DNA of 64,000 bases from a virus, in IMG/VR virus record IMGVR_UViG_3300030329_003387; one strand, written 5' to 3'. Positions 19,372 to 29,451 of the stretch are shown here, one piece after another. Position 1 is the stretch's first letter, and each line of letters starts with the position of its first letter. Below the pieces are notes generated by a model, which saw nothing but the letters and a program-made list of their open reading frames with translations, made no database searches and was not told where the DNA came from. Made by a program: the position numbers and the translations under genes.

Positions 19372-20351
19372 TGAAGGTAGCTATATGTTACACAAAGAGA
19401 AGAACAGACCAGATAATGGAATCCTTTACTCAGGGCGTTGTCGATTCTGGAGATCATGTTGAGATAATAAAATCAAAACGTGACTTACATAAGCTTGAAA
19501 AATGCGATATTTCTTTTCAAATAGCCGAAGTTACAAGATATGAGTCATTGTGCTTTCATTCAGATCCTAATGGTATGGCTGAAGAAGGTTACATGAGGGT
19601 CGCTATAAAAAACAAAATGATAGAACTTGGCCGTCAAAGAATAATGCTTGATTGCGGAATTTTGAGTGATGACAGAAATAGAAATGTGGATGAGAGATAT
19701 TTTTCTATAGGTGTTGACGGAATTAAAAGAGGAGCAAGCTTCTACAACGAAAACAGCCCAAGAGATAGATTTAAAAAAAGAAGATTGAGAATTAAAGAGT
19801 GGAGACCATCTGGAGATCACGTTCTCATTATTGGCCAGACACATTACGGCGCTGGCTTGGCGCATGTAGGAACTGAGAGCGACCCCATGTCCAACATGTG
19901 GACTGACCCAACAGATTACTACCATAATTTGGTAAAAAGGGTGAGAGAGTATACCGATAGACCAATTGTCTTTAGAACGCATCCGGTAGGTGATAAAGAA
20001 ATAAGAAATAGAATTAGACCTCCAGAAGGAGTTCATGATATTACTCTTACCGACGCTAGAGAAGTCCCGATTAAAGATGATTTAAAAAATGCTTGGTGCG
20101 CTATAACAAGAACGTCTAACGGCGCTGTTGATGCAGTATTTAATGGCATACCAGTTATAACAGAAGATCCAATTTGTTTAGCTTATGACGTTGCCGGACA
20201 TACAATCAAAAAAATAGAAGATCCAGAAAAACCGAGCAGAACTCAGTGGCTTTATGACATGTCATATGCCGAATGGTCTTTGGAAGAAATGAGACAGGGA
20301 CTGCCTTGGAAACACTTAAGGAGTAATTTAAAACATGCACAGGATAAATGA
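19371..20351 (+). CDS. capsule-synthesis (KpsS-like) GT-B glycosyltransferase, paralog 1
   Basis: YTDRPIVFRTHP, LKNAWCAITRTSNGAVDAVFNGIPVI, YAEWSLEEM..G.PW. Confidence 0.65.
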   Translation: MKVAICYTKRRTDQIMESFTQGVVDSGDHVEIIKSKRDLHKLEKCDISFQIAEVTRYESLCFHSDPNGMAEEGYMRVAIKNKMIELGRQRIMLDCGILSDDRNRNVDERYFSIGVDGIKRGASFYNENSPRDRFKKRRLRIKEWRPSGDHVLIIGQTHYGAGLAHVGTESDPMSNMWTDPTDYYHNLVKRVREYTDRPIVFRTHPVGDKEIRNRIRPPEGVHDITLTDAREVPIKDDLKNAWCAITRTSNGAVDAVFNGIPVITEDPICLAYDVAGHTIKKIEDPEKPSRTQWLYDMSYAEWSLEEMRQGLPWKHLRSNLKHAQDK

Positions 20352-21015
20352 TGTATGGTGCGTTCCTGACGGGGACCAACTTATAACAAGAAAAATAAAC
20401 GAAAGAAAAAAGAAAGACTCCGACCCTACACATACGGATCTTTACTATGAAAGACGAGTTAGAAAAGCAGCCTTAGAGCATGTCACTAATTTTGGAACTT
20501 TTGTCGATGCCGGAGCTAATGTTGGTATATGGAGTAGACCAATGTCTGATCTGTTTACAACAGTAGAAGCGTTTGAGCCAGCTGAAAAAAACAGAGAGTG
20601 CTTTACAGAAAACGTTAAGGAATTAGATAATATCAATTTGTACAGTCATGGGTTAGGGGAAACACGAACTCATGGAAACTTGCTTTTAGGTGTTAAAAAT
20701 TGTGGCGACTGCAAAATACTTTACCAAGATGAGATCAAAGGTGTAAAGTTTAAGCCTGAAGATTCCGTTGAGGTAAGAACATTGGATTCTCACAACTTTC
20801 GTGAAGTTGGTTTAATCAAAATCGACACACAGGGTCACGAACTACGAATACTCAAAGGCGCTGTAGAAACCATGAAAAAGTGGAAGCCAGTTGTTGTTTT
20901 TGAGATAGACCAAGACAAAGACCTATGCTGCGACCTTCTAGAGTCCATTGGGGCGAGTAGAATACCAGTAGATAATAAATGCTTAATGATATACGGATTT
21001 AAACATACGTTATAA
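20335..21015 (+). CDS. FkbM-family methyltransferase
   Basis: VDAGANVGIWS, AFEP, TLDS, IKIDTQGHELRILKGA, PVVVFE. Confidence 0.92.
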   Translation: MHRINDVWCVPDGDQLITRKINERKKKDSDPTHTDLYYERRVRKAALEHVTNFGTFVDAGANVGIWSRPMSDLFTTVEAFEPAEKNRECFTENVKELDNINLYSHGLGETRTHGNLLLGVKNCGDCKILYQDEIKGVKFKPEDSVEVRTLDSHNFREVGLIKIDTQGHELRILKGAVETMKKWKPVVVFEIDQDKDLCCDLLESIGASRIPVDNKCLMIYGFKHTL

Positions 21016-21044
21016 TCAACCTCAGAAAACTTGTCAGGCATGTC

Positions 21045-21821
21045 ATGAAAATCCTATACGTAACTACTTTTAACAACAAACTGTACAACGCAACCGGAAG
21101 AGACATGATTGAATCTTTCGTCAAGTATAAGACGGAAGGCGATTTACTTATTGCTCACGAAGACGGTCTAGACGCAGTTATTCCCCACCATAGAAAGTTT
21201 ATTTTTCATGACTTAGAACAAGATAACTTTCTTTCTTCATGGTTAAAGGAAAACGAGGACATTATACCTGTTGAGCTTGGTGGTAAATTTGAAGGTGTCT
21301 ATGAGGAAAAAACCAAATTCAATCAAAGAGCTTCTCAGTGGTTTAGAAAGATAGTAGCACTCAACGCGGCTATGGATAATAAGTCAGACTACGAAGCTAT
21401 AGTATTCCTAGATAGCGACACGGTGGTAAATAAACATCTGCCCGGATCAAAGATAGAGGAGATATTTAGCGGTCACTCTATGTTCTATCACTTAGGTCCT
21501 CACAGGAAAAAGTCAGGCACTGGGATAGAGTCCGGTATAATTGGATTTAACTTAAAAGAAGAGGGGGTCTTACTCTTAAGTATTGTTATTAATAAGTTCA
21601 GGAGTGGTGAGTTTAGAAAATATCTTAGGTGGGATGACGGTTATGTATTTAGAATGGTCGTTGAAGAATATACAAATATAGCAACCAGAGACATTGTAGA
21701 TGTCCAAGAAAACAATGTCGTAGAACATGGACCTTTTGCTGAATATTTAGTACACAAAAAAGGAATACACTGGAAAGAACACGGTTTACCATCTATGAAA
21801 GGTTCTAAAGATCCACGATAG
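21045..21821 (+). CDS. putative GT-A glycosyltransferase
   Basis: VTTFN, WFRKIVAL, VFLDSDT (DxD), ESGIIGFN, WDDGYVF, HKKG. Confidence 0.7.
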   Translation: MKILYVTTFNNKLYNATGRDMIESFVKYKTEGDLLIAHEDGLDAVIPHHRKFIFHDLEQDNFLSSWLKENEDIIPVELGGKFEGVYEEKTKFNQRASQWFRKIVALNAAMDNKSDYEAIVFLDSDTVVNKHLPGSKIEEIFSGHSMFYHLGPHRKKSGTGIESGIIGFNLKEEGVLLLSIVINKFRSGEFRKYLRWDDGYVFRMVVEEYTNIATRDIVDVQENNVVEHGPFAEYLVHKKGIHWKEHGLPSMKGSKDPR

Positions 21822-21822
21822 A

Positions 21823-22587
21823 ATGGCAGTATCTCCGCCAAAAACCATCTTGACAACACACGAAAGAAGCAAAGTTGTCGGCAGAGCGTTCGCTGAAGGC
21901 TGCGGTGGCGGAGTCATAAATATATTTAAGCTTCAAGAACTAGCAAAGAGGAAGATAATTGTTCCTCGCGTAGCCAGCTATGGCATACTTAGAGGGTGTG
22001 GAGAAGCAATAAAAGCCGCAAAGGATTACTGGCATATTGATCACGGTTACTTTTTTAGATCAAGCACACCAGAAGCGTATGACGGTTATTACAGGATCAC
22101 TAAAAACAACTTCTGGCACGACGGGCTTAGTAAGTGTAATTCAGACAGGTTTGCTAGATTAAAAATGCAAGGCTTGCAACTGAAAGACTGGAGAAAGACT
22201 GGCAATCACATAATAGTAGTACCCCCATCAAAATACATGGCAGATCATTGGGGTATGCATGACTGGTTAAGAGACACCGTCGCAGAAATTAAAAAATATA
22301 CGGATAGAGAGATAGTCGTCTCTATCAAAAATGAAACACCGCTAGAAAGGGTCTTGCCAAATGCATGGGCTTTGGTGACAGATCATTCAAACGCAGGGAT
22401 AACAGCTCTATTAGAAGGAGTCCCTACTATCTTCACTAACCCAGCAAGAAAGCTTGGGGAAATATCAGAGATAGAAAATCCACCTATGGATCGTGACTTT
22501 TTTTATGGGTTGGCTTACCAGCAATGGACTTTAGAAGAAATAAGATCAGGTGAAGCATGGAATTACTTGGGCGATACAAAACATTAA
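21823..22587 (+). CDS. capsule-synthesis (KpsS-like) glycosyltransferase, paralog 2
   Basis: IDHGYF, YYRITKN, KDWRKTG, YTDREIVV, NAWALVTDHSNAGITALLEGVP, LAYQQWTLEEIRSGEAW. Confidence 0.65.
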   Translation: MAVSPPKTILTTHERSKVVGRAFAEGCGGGVINIFKLQELAKRKIIVPRVASYGILRGCGEAIKAAKDYWHIDHGYFFRSSTPEAYDGYYRITKNNFWHDGLSKCNSDRFARLKMQGLQLKDWRKTGNHIIVVPPSKYMADHWGMHDWLRDTVAEIKKYTDREIVVSIKNETPLERVLPNAWALVTDHSNAGITALLEGVPTIFTNPARKLGEISEIENPPMDRDFFYGLAYQQWTLEEIRSGEAWNYLGDTKH

Positions 22588-23150
22588 TAGAAGAAGTAGA
22601 AAATAGACAACCAAAAACGATACTAGAAGTTGGTACTCATCGTGGCAATAGCGCGATCACTATGGTAAACAAAGCCAAGCAGTACAACGACGATGTATTT
22701 TATTATGGATTTGATATATTTGATTGGGCTGACAGTGACTTTATGGCTAAGGAATTTAATGGTAAAGTTCCTCCAGTTTTAGCCCAAACCAGAAAACGTC
22801 TCAAAAGAGAAGGTATTCAGCACAAACTGATGGTGGGAAATACCAATAGTACTCTTTCAAAATTTTCGCCAGATAGACAAATAGATTTTGTATTTATTGA
22901 CGGTGGACATTCGGTCGAAACAATAGAAAGCGACTGGAACAACATAAAGAAGTTTATGGATGATGAAACCGTTGTAATATTTGATGATTACTACGAAAAC
23001 AGAGACGATTTTGGATGCAAAAAGTTAATAGACGAGCTGTTACAAGACAAAACATTTTCTGTTGAAAAACTAGAACCAATAGAAATAGTAGAAAAAAACA
23101 ATATACATCTAAGATTAGCGAAGGTTACAAAGAATGTCGGTACAAATTAG
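22557..23150 (+). CDS. class I SAM-dependent methyltransferase (Methyltransf_24-like)
   Basis: ILEVGTHRGNSA, GFDIF, DFVFIDGGHS, VVIFDDY. Confidence 0.9.
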   Translation: MELLGRYKTLIEEVENRQPKTILEVGTHRGNSAITMVNKAKQYNDDVFYYGFDIFDWADSDFMAKEFNGKVPPVLAQTRKRLKREGIQHKLMVGNTNSTLSKFSPDRQIDFVFIDGGHSVETIESDWNNIKKFMDDETVVIFDDYYENRDDFGCKKLIDELLQDKTFSVEKLEPIEIVEKNNIHLRLAKVTKNVGTN

Positions 23151-25176
23151 TGATTTAACCATAGTTAGCGCAGCTTGGAACTGTTCAAGTTTTTTAGAGG
23201 CGAACTGGAAATTAATATCTGAGTATTCAACAGATGGTCTTCAGTGGGTTGTTGCAAATAATCACCCAGAAAAAAGCTTGGGCATGGTTGAGACTATTCC
23301 TAACTTTAAAATTGTTGACGGAGTTCCTAAATCGGAAATAGATATACCGCCAAGAAGCAGGGCTATACATATAGGAAGTTATCACCACGCCGCTGGTATT
23401 AACAAAACAATACCACACATTAAAACTAGATATGCTTTGTTTTTAGACCCTGACTTTTTTATAGGGCCGTCTTTAGTAGAAATAATTGACTACATGGACA
23501 AAAAAGACCTTGCGTTCTTTGGGACACCTTATGCAATAGATGGGTCTGATAGGCCAAGTCATACGTTCCCGTGTGTTTACTGCATGTTTGTGGATACAAC
23601 AAAAGTTGACATCTCTACCTTTGACTTTACTCCACAGCCAAGCGATCTGTACAAAGGCGACACTGGAACAAAAGTTTATTTAGACCATTTAGATTATCCT
23701 CATGAGTCGGTTAGACAATCTGTCGCTGACATGAAGGTAAAGGATCAGCTAGCGAAAAGACCTCATATCAAATGGCCATACACAAAAAGTACGCTGCAAT
23801 CTGTCTACGGTATGAAGACTCCAGAACATGCAAAAAATAACTACTTCTGGAAAAACGGAGGCGAATACTTTGGCTCTCATGTAAGAATGAAAATAAAAGC
23901 TAGAAACGAAGAGGGAACTGTATTCTCCGCTAAAGCAACTGAACCACACAGTGAAGCAGCTCACATAATGAATATTGTAGAAGCTGTTCAACATATAAGA
24001 CAGGTGGAGCCACAAAAAATGGTGACTCCTCTATTTAGAGTTCTTATGCACGAAGATGCTATAAATGAAAGTCATAAAGTTCTTAGGTCAGGCTATGTAT
24101 CTCAAGGCAAAGTTAACACTATTTTTGAAAAAAAGCTTATGACTCATTTCAGTAACAAAAACATAGTTACTGTTAATTCTGGAACGTCAGCTCTACATCT
24201 TGCGTTTGACCTAATAAAACAAGCAGAGTCTCTAGATGAATCTTGTCAAGTTGTTTGCAGTCCATTAACGTGCGCGGCTGGATTGCTACCAATAGTTTCA
24301 AACGGACTTTCCATAAAATGGTGCGATATATCACCATCAAATCTAAATATAGATTTAGACAAGGTGGCAAAGCTACTTAATGAAAACACAAGAATTCTTA
24401 GCTTTGTTCATTGGGGCGGATATCCAATAGACTACAAAAAGCTACAGGAAATAAAAAAGCAATACGCGCTAAAATACAAAAAACTATTATATATTGTTGA
24501 GGACTGCGCTCACGCTTGGGGTTCTACTTGGAACGACCGTCCTGTTGGTGCAGTTCTTAACGATAATTCAACATTTAGCTGTTTTAGTTTTCAGGCCATA
24601 AAATCTTTAACAACTGGAGATGGAGGTCTTTTAATCACGCCGTCCGGGTTCAAACAAATAGCAAGAAAAAAGAGATGGTTTGGAATAGATAGAGATAATA
24701 ATGAGGATTTCAGAGGCGGGTATCCTATTCAAGATTTAGGTTTTAAGTTTCATATGAATGACATTTCTTCTGCCCTTGGAATTGGCAACATGCCACATAT
24801 TAAAAGTGCAATAGAAGATACTAGAGAAAACGCCGATGTCTACTATAAGAAACTTTCCGATCTTCGTTATGTCAAACTTCTGGATAACGACTATCAGTCT
24901 CGGTCAAGTTACTGGCTTTTTACTATAAGGGCTATGTATAGAGATCAGCTTTCAGAACACCTAAAGGAGTCAGGCATACAAACCAGTCTCGTGCATCACA
25001 GAAATGATACACATCCTGTATTTAAAAACTTTAAACCGAAGGCAAATGCACTACCAGTACTAGATGAAGTTTCTAAGGATATGCTTTGCGTTCCTGTTGG
25101 TTGGTGGATGACACCACACAGAATTAGAAGAATTGTGGACAGGATAAAAGATTTTTACGTACAGAGAAAGGGTTAA
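23134..25176 (+). CDS. GT-A-like domain fused to DegT/DnrJ PLP-dependent sugar aminotransferase
   Basis: N-terminal HAAGIN...YALFLDPDFF; C-terminal NSGTSALHLA, VHWGG, VEDCAHA, SFQAIKSLTTGDGG (PLP lysine), GFKFHMND. Confidence 0.88.
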   Translation: MSVQISDLTIVSAAWNCSSFLEANWKLISEYSTDGLQWVVANNHPEKSLGMVETIPNFKIVDGVPKSEIDIPPRSRAIHIGSYHHAAGINKTIPHIKTRYALFLDPDFFIGPSLVEIIDYMDKKDLAFFGTPYAIDGSDRPSHTFPCVYCMFVDTTKVDISTFDFTPQPSDLYKGDTGTKVYLDHLDYPHESVRQSVADMKVKDQLAKRPHIKWPYTKSTLQSVYGMKTPEHAKNNYFWKNGGEYFGSHVRMKIKARNEEGTVFSAKATEPHSEAAHIMNIVEAVQHIRQVEPQKMVTPLFRVLMHEDAINESHKVLRSGYVSQGKVNTIFEKKLMTHFSNKNIVTVNSGTSALHLAFDLIKQAESLDESCQVVCSPLTCAAGLLPIVSNGLSIKWCDISPSNLNIDLDKVAKLLNENTRILSFVHWGGYPIDYKKLQEIKKQYALKYKKLLYIVEDCAHAWGSTWNDRPVGAVLNDNSTFSCFSFQAIKSLTTGDGGLLITPSGFKQIARKKRWFGIDRDNNEDFRGGYPIQDLGFKFHMNDISSALGIGNMPHIKSAIEDTRENADVYYKKLSDLRYVKLLDNDYQSRSSYWLFTIRAMYRDQLSEHLKESGIQTSLVHHRNDTHPVFKNFKPKANALPVLDEVSKDMLCVPVGWWMTPHRIRRIVDRIKDFYVQRKG

Positions 25177-25177
25177 A

Positions 25178-25981
25178 ATGAAGTCACATGAAAAGTCTTG
25201 GCACAGGACTAGAAAGTACAGAATAGAGTTTTTAGGTGATATTTCTTCACTGCATGAAAGCGGAGATTATACCAACTTTAGACAGATAGAAAGTTTGCGT
25301 AAAAACATAAGTGGAGATAACGCTAAGAGAGCAAACGGTGAATTAAGCTATCTATTAAAAAACAACCCAGAGATATTAACTGAAAATTTAGACAAGATAA
25401 AAGAATGGGACTCATTTGGTAATCCTGTGCTACAAAGTTTTGAGCGTGAAAATTTTAAGATTGACTGCTCGGATTCAGTTTTTCCACCGCTGTACGACAT
25501 AACAAAAATAAAGGAAAATCTCAACCTCTCCTCAAACTTTGACATAGTGGAAGTTGGATGTGGCTTTGGAATAGAAGCTAAAATTTTTCACGATATTGTT
25601 GGTTACAAGAGCTACACCCACGTAGATCTTCCAGACATGTTAAAACTTCAGTCAGTTTATCTTTCTAACTTTAAAACACCTAATATTACCTACATAAACC
25701 CATACAAAGACATTGATAAACTAAAAACTCATTACGATTTGTTTATATCTAACTTTGCTTTTACAGAGATAACTCACGATGTACAAAAATTCTATTTTGA
25801 CAACATCATAAAAAAATGTAGCACGGGAATAATTGTAGGAAAAATGGCGCCACACATAGAAAGCGTGATGAATAACAAAATAACCAAAGTGCAAATTGAT
25901 TGGATTAAGTCAGAATTTAACATCAAGTATGAAAAGAATTCTGCTTATGGCAGAGGGGGTTTAATATATTTTTGGAAATGA
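25178..25981 (+). CDS. putative sugar O-methyltransferase
   Basis: IVEVGCGFG, VDLPDML.LQ..YL, DLFISNFAFTEI. Confidence 0.75.
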   Translation: MKSHEKSWHRTRKYRIEFLGDISSLHESGDYTNFRQIESLRKNISGDNAKRANGELSYLLKNNPEILTENLDKIKEWDSFGNPVLQSFERENFKIDCSDSVFPPLYDITKIKENLNLSSNFDIVEVGCGFGIEAKIFHDIVGYKSYTHVDLPDMLKLQSVYLSNFKTPNITYINPYKDIDKLKTHYDLFISNFAFTEITHDVQKFYFDNIIKKCSTGIIVGKMAPHIESVMNNKITKVQIDWIKSEFNIKYEKNSAYGRGGLIYFWK

Positions 25982-26598
25982 ATAAATTTAAATACAAAAC
26001 ATTTAAGTACAGATTTGCTTCAATATTGCAGAGGGTTTTTAGCTGTGTAGATATGTCATGCCTACACGAAGAAATAAAACTATTTGATGTAGACACAGAC
26101 CAATCTTCAAAGTATCACAAAAAGTTTTACGAGCTTCCCGAAGATCATTTGTTCTTTTTAAATTTTAGAGAATTTGTAGTAAATGAAATAAAACCGCTAT
26201 TTGACGAACCTATAATCTTTCAGAAAAAGCCTACCTTTAGAGTTCATCTAAGAAACAATGTTGCGGTAGGCGCTTTTCACAGAGATAGGGACTACAATCA
26301 TTTCACAGATGAAGTAAATTTTTTCGTCCCGTTAACAAAAGCGTTTGGCTCAAATACTGTGTGGGTGGAAAGTGAAGAAGGAAAAGAAGACTTTAGCCCT
26401 ATGGAAGCGGACTACGGTGAGTTCTATATGTGGGACGGAGCTAACTTAGCACACGGAAACAAGAAAAACGAGACAGGGTCTACTAGGGTCAGTTTTGATT
26501 TTAGGGTATTGCCTAAGTCAAAATACACAACAACAGACAAGAAAAGCGTCACTCAAGGGATGTCCTTTAAGATAGGCGAATATTATGAAGAGCTATGA
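25978..26598 (+). CDS. StrG-like 2OG-Fe(II) oxygenase
   Basis: FQKKPTFRVH, HRD (HxD), NFFVPLT, distal HGN and RVSFDFR. ATG 25978 forms an ATGA overlap. Confidence 0.75.
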   Translation: MNKFKYKTFKYRFASILQRVFSCVDMSCLHEEIKLFDVDTDQSSKYHKKFYELPEDHLFFLNFREFVVNEIKPLFDEPIIFQKKPTFRVHLRNNVAVGAFHRDRDYNHFTDEVNFFVPLTKAFGSNTVWVESEEGKEDFSPMEADYGEFYMWDGANLAHGNKKNETGSTRVSFDFRVLPKSKYTTTDKKSVTQGMSFKIGEYYEEL

Positions 26599-27166
26599 CA
26601 TACTTGTACTAGGCTCCTCATACCTAACAGAGCTTTCGGTTAAACATCTTTTAGATATGGGTGACTACAACCTTGTTGGCTATGTACCTTGTAGAAATAC
26701 ACCAGTCGAAGGAGACATACCTCTAAAAAGAGTAGATGTTAATCACCCGTGTGATATAAAACTCTCACTTCAATACGACATCATAGTTGAGGACACATCA
26801 AACACTTACAATCTTCACACTGGATTGCTTCCTCAATATGGCGGTAGAGATATATTAGACCATACTATTAAAAATAAAGAGCGAGAACAGGGGCTGACTT
26901 TTCACAAAATGACTGAGGATCTTGATTACGGCCCAATAATAAGCAAAATAACATACCCAGTACTAGATACTGACTGTTCTTTTGATTTGTATAAAAGAAT
27001 GCTGGAAATAGCACCCCTTTTTGTGCATAGCAGTTTGAAGCTATTAAATAGCATGAAACAAAAAGAAATAGAAAAATGTTACAAATATCCTCCTACTATG
27101 TATAGTAGAGGAGAGTTTAAACTTAGTGAAAAATTTAAAGAGTTTATAAAATGCAAAAAGCACTAG
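26585..27166 (+). CDS. N10-formyl-THF-dependent (sugar N-)formyltransferase
   Basis: NLHTGLLPQYGG and TFHKMTEDLDYGPII catalytic motifs. Confidence 0.85.
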   Translation: MKSYDILVLGSSYLTELSVKHLLDMGDYNLVGYVPCRNTPVEGDIPLKRVDVNHPCDIKLSLQYDIIVEDTSNTYNLHTGLLPQYGGRDILDHTIKNKEREQGLTFHKMTEDLDYGPIISKITYPVLDTDCSFDLYKRMLEIAPLFVHSSLKLLNSMKQKEIEKCYKYPPTMYSRGEFKLSEKFKEFIKCKKH

Positions 27167-28140
27167 TAACAGGTGGAGCTGGGTTTATAGGTCACCACCT
27201 AATAGAACATATATTAAAAAATACAGATTGGTTTGTTGTTTGTTTGGATAGGCTGGACACTTCTGGAAACCTCAATAGAATATCCGAATTTCTTGAAACT
27301 AACCCTTCTTGGAAAAAAAGATTTAAGTTTTTATACCACGACCTAAAGGCTGAAATAAACTCACAATTAGCAAGGCAGATTGGTAATGTAAGCATAGTCT
27401 TTCATCTAGCCGCCTCTTCTCATGTAGATAGAAGTATTGAAGATCCTTTAAGTTTTGTTTACGACAACGTGGTAGGTTCTTGTAATCTATTCAATTTTGC
27501 CAGAAATTGTGACACTATCGACTACATACAAAATTTTAGCACGGACGAAGTGTTTGGCGATGCGCCAGTAGGAACTGCCTACAAAGAATGGGATCGTCAC
27601 ATGGCAAAAAATCCATACTCTGCTAGTAAAGCTGGGGCAGAGCAGTTAGGAATTGCATTTCATAATACCTATGGACTTCCTATCATCACAACCAACTGCA
27701 TGAATGTGATTGGTGAAAGACAGCATCCTGAAAAGTACCTACCATTATGCATCAAAAAAATATTGGCAGGAGAAAAGATATACATACATTCAGATCCAAA
27801 CAAGAATCCCGGAACTAGATTTTATGTACACGCAAGAAACGTTGCTGACGTATCTTTATTCTTGACAGAAAAAGCAGAAGCTGGAGACAAGTATAATCTT
27901 GTTGGGCAAAGAGAAGTTTCAAATTTAGAACTAGCACAAATGGTAGCTGAAATTTTAGGAAAAGAGCTTAATTACGAACTAGTTGATTTTCATTCTTCTA
28001 GACCCGGACACGACTTAAGATATGCGCTAGAAGATACAAAAATATGCAATATGGGATACAGCTATCCTGTGTCGTTCGAGGATTCTTTAAAGAAAACAAT
28101 ACAGTGGACGATAGACAATCCTAAGTGGTTGGCAGGATAA
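27151..28140 (+). CDS. rmlB: NDP-glucose 4,6-dehydratase (RmlB-like)
   Basis: LVTGGAGFIG, HLAASSHVDRSI, STDEVFG, NPYSASKA, QHPEK, RPGHDLRYA. Confidence 0.9.
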   Translation: MQKALVTGGAGFIGHHLIEHILKNTDWFVVCLDRLDTSGNLNRISEFLETNPSWKKRFKFLYHDLKAEINSQLARQIGNVSIVFHLAASSHVDRSIEDPLSFVYDNVVGSCNLFNFARNCDTIDYIQNFSTDEVFGDAPVGTAYKEWDRHMAKNPYSASKAGAEQLGIAFHNTYGLPIITTNCMNVIGERQHPEKYLPLCIKKILAGEKIYIHSDPNKNPGTRFYVHARNVADVSLFLTEKAEAGDKYNLVGQREVSNLELAQMVAEILGKELNYELVDFHSSRPGHDLRYALEDTKICNMGYSYPVSFEDSLKKTIQWTIDNPKWLAG

Positions 28141-29081
28141 TGAAATTTTTAATCCCAATAAAAAATAACAAATACTTTAAAATTGTTTCAAAAGCTCTTA
28201 AAGCAGGGCTAGAGAAACAAGGACAGGTAGCCGAAATCATACTTAGAAACGACCTGTCTAAAAAAGAAGAGTGTATCAAAGAGTATGATTTTGTTTTTGT
28301 GTTTACGATAACGGGAGATTGGATAAGAGATTTAGCTATTAAATATGGAAAGCCTTACATCTACATGGATAAGGGGTATTGTAGAAATGCCAGACTTAAA
28401 AAGCCTGAAGCATTTATAAGATTTAGTCCAAACAGCTGGCAACCTTTAAAGCACCTAGATAAGTTTTCGGATAGAGATGATAGGTGGGAGGAACTGCTAA
28501 AAATACCAATAAGAAAGTGGTATGAAAAAGACGGAAAAGTATCCAAAGTAGAAACTCTAGAGCCAAAACCTCACTTTAAAGAAGAGGGTGAGTATATACT
28601 GTTTGCTGGAAGTTCTGCAAAATACCATCTATATATGGGCATTGAAGAACCAACCACATATACAAAAAACATAGTTAAAGAGATTAGACAACTTACAGAC
28701 CGTCCTATAATATACAGACCTAAACCAAGTTGGAATGCAAAGCAAGAAGTAGAAGGTACAATATTTTTAGGCGACAATAAGATAAAATACCACGAACTGC
28801 TAAAGAAAGATCTGTATTGCGTCATAACTCATACCAGTAACGCTGCTTTAGAAGCTAACTTCTACGGAATACCTACAATCGTTCTCGGAGAGGCGATAGC
28901 TAAACCAGTATCTAGCACAAAGCTAGATGGGATAAATAATATATATAGGCCAACACTTGAAGAGAAGCATTCATTAGGCAGATCCCTATCCTACTTTCAA
29001 TATAGAATTGAAGAGGTGGAGGATGGAGTCATGTTTGATAATCTAAAAGGCATTTTTGAGGAGGAATTAAATGGGTCATAA
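28140..29081 (+). CDS. capsule-synthesis (KpsS-like) glycosyltransferase, paralog 3
   Basis: MDKGYCR, LTDRPIIYRPKP, CVITHTSNAALEANFYGIPTI, LSYFQYRIEEV. ATG 28140 overlaps the upstream TAA. Confidence 0.62.
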   Translation: MKFLIPIKNNKYFKIVSKALKAGLEKQGQVAEIILRNDLSKKEECIKEYDFVFVFTITGDWIRDLAIKYGKPYIYMDKGYCRNARLKKPEAFIRFSPNSWQPLKHLDKFSDRDDRWEELLKIPIRKWYEKDGKVSKVETLEPKPHFKEEGEYILFAGSSAKYHLYMGIEEPTTYTKNIVKEIRQLTDRPIIYRPKPSWNAKQEVEGTIFLGDNKIKYHELLKKDLYCVITHTSNAALEANFYGIPTIVLGEAIAKPVSSTKLDGINNIYRPTLEEKHSLGRSLSYFQYRIEEVEDGVMFDNLKGIFEEELNGS

Positions 29082-29451
29082 AACACTAACGGGCGCTGTT
29101 CAGGGTAAGTTTTGGGGAACAACAAGATGCTTTTTTGAGAATGCAACAAGTGAGGTTCATTACATAGAAGCTAATAAAGATGGCTATTGTTCTCGTCATC
29201 ATCATGAAAATAAATGGAACAGATTTATCGTGCTTGAAGGAGCTTTGAAGGTTATTATATATAAGCAGGATAGTGAAGATGAGACAATACTGAGACAAGG
29301 TATGTTTTCTGACGTTCCTCCCGGAATAGACCATAGATTTGTCGCAATGGAAGACACAAAAGCGTTAGAGGTTTATTGGATAGACGGATTAGACCCTAAA
29401 GATATAGTTAGGAAAGATACTGGTGGTTCTGGAAGAAGTACAGATAAATAA
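29071..29451 (+). CDS. cupin (sugar isomerase/epimerase-like)
   Basis: CSRHHHENKWNRFIVLEG and VPPGIDHRF cupin motifs. Confidence 0.82.
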   Translation: MGHKTLTGAVQGKFWGTTRCFFENATSEVHYIEANKDGYCSRHHHENKWNRFIVLEGALKVIIYKQDSEDETILRQGMFSDVPPGIDHRFVAMEDTKALEVYWIDGLDPKDIVRKDTGGSGRSTDK

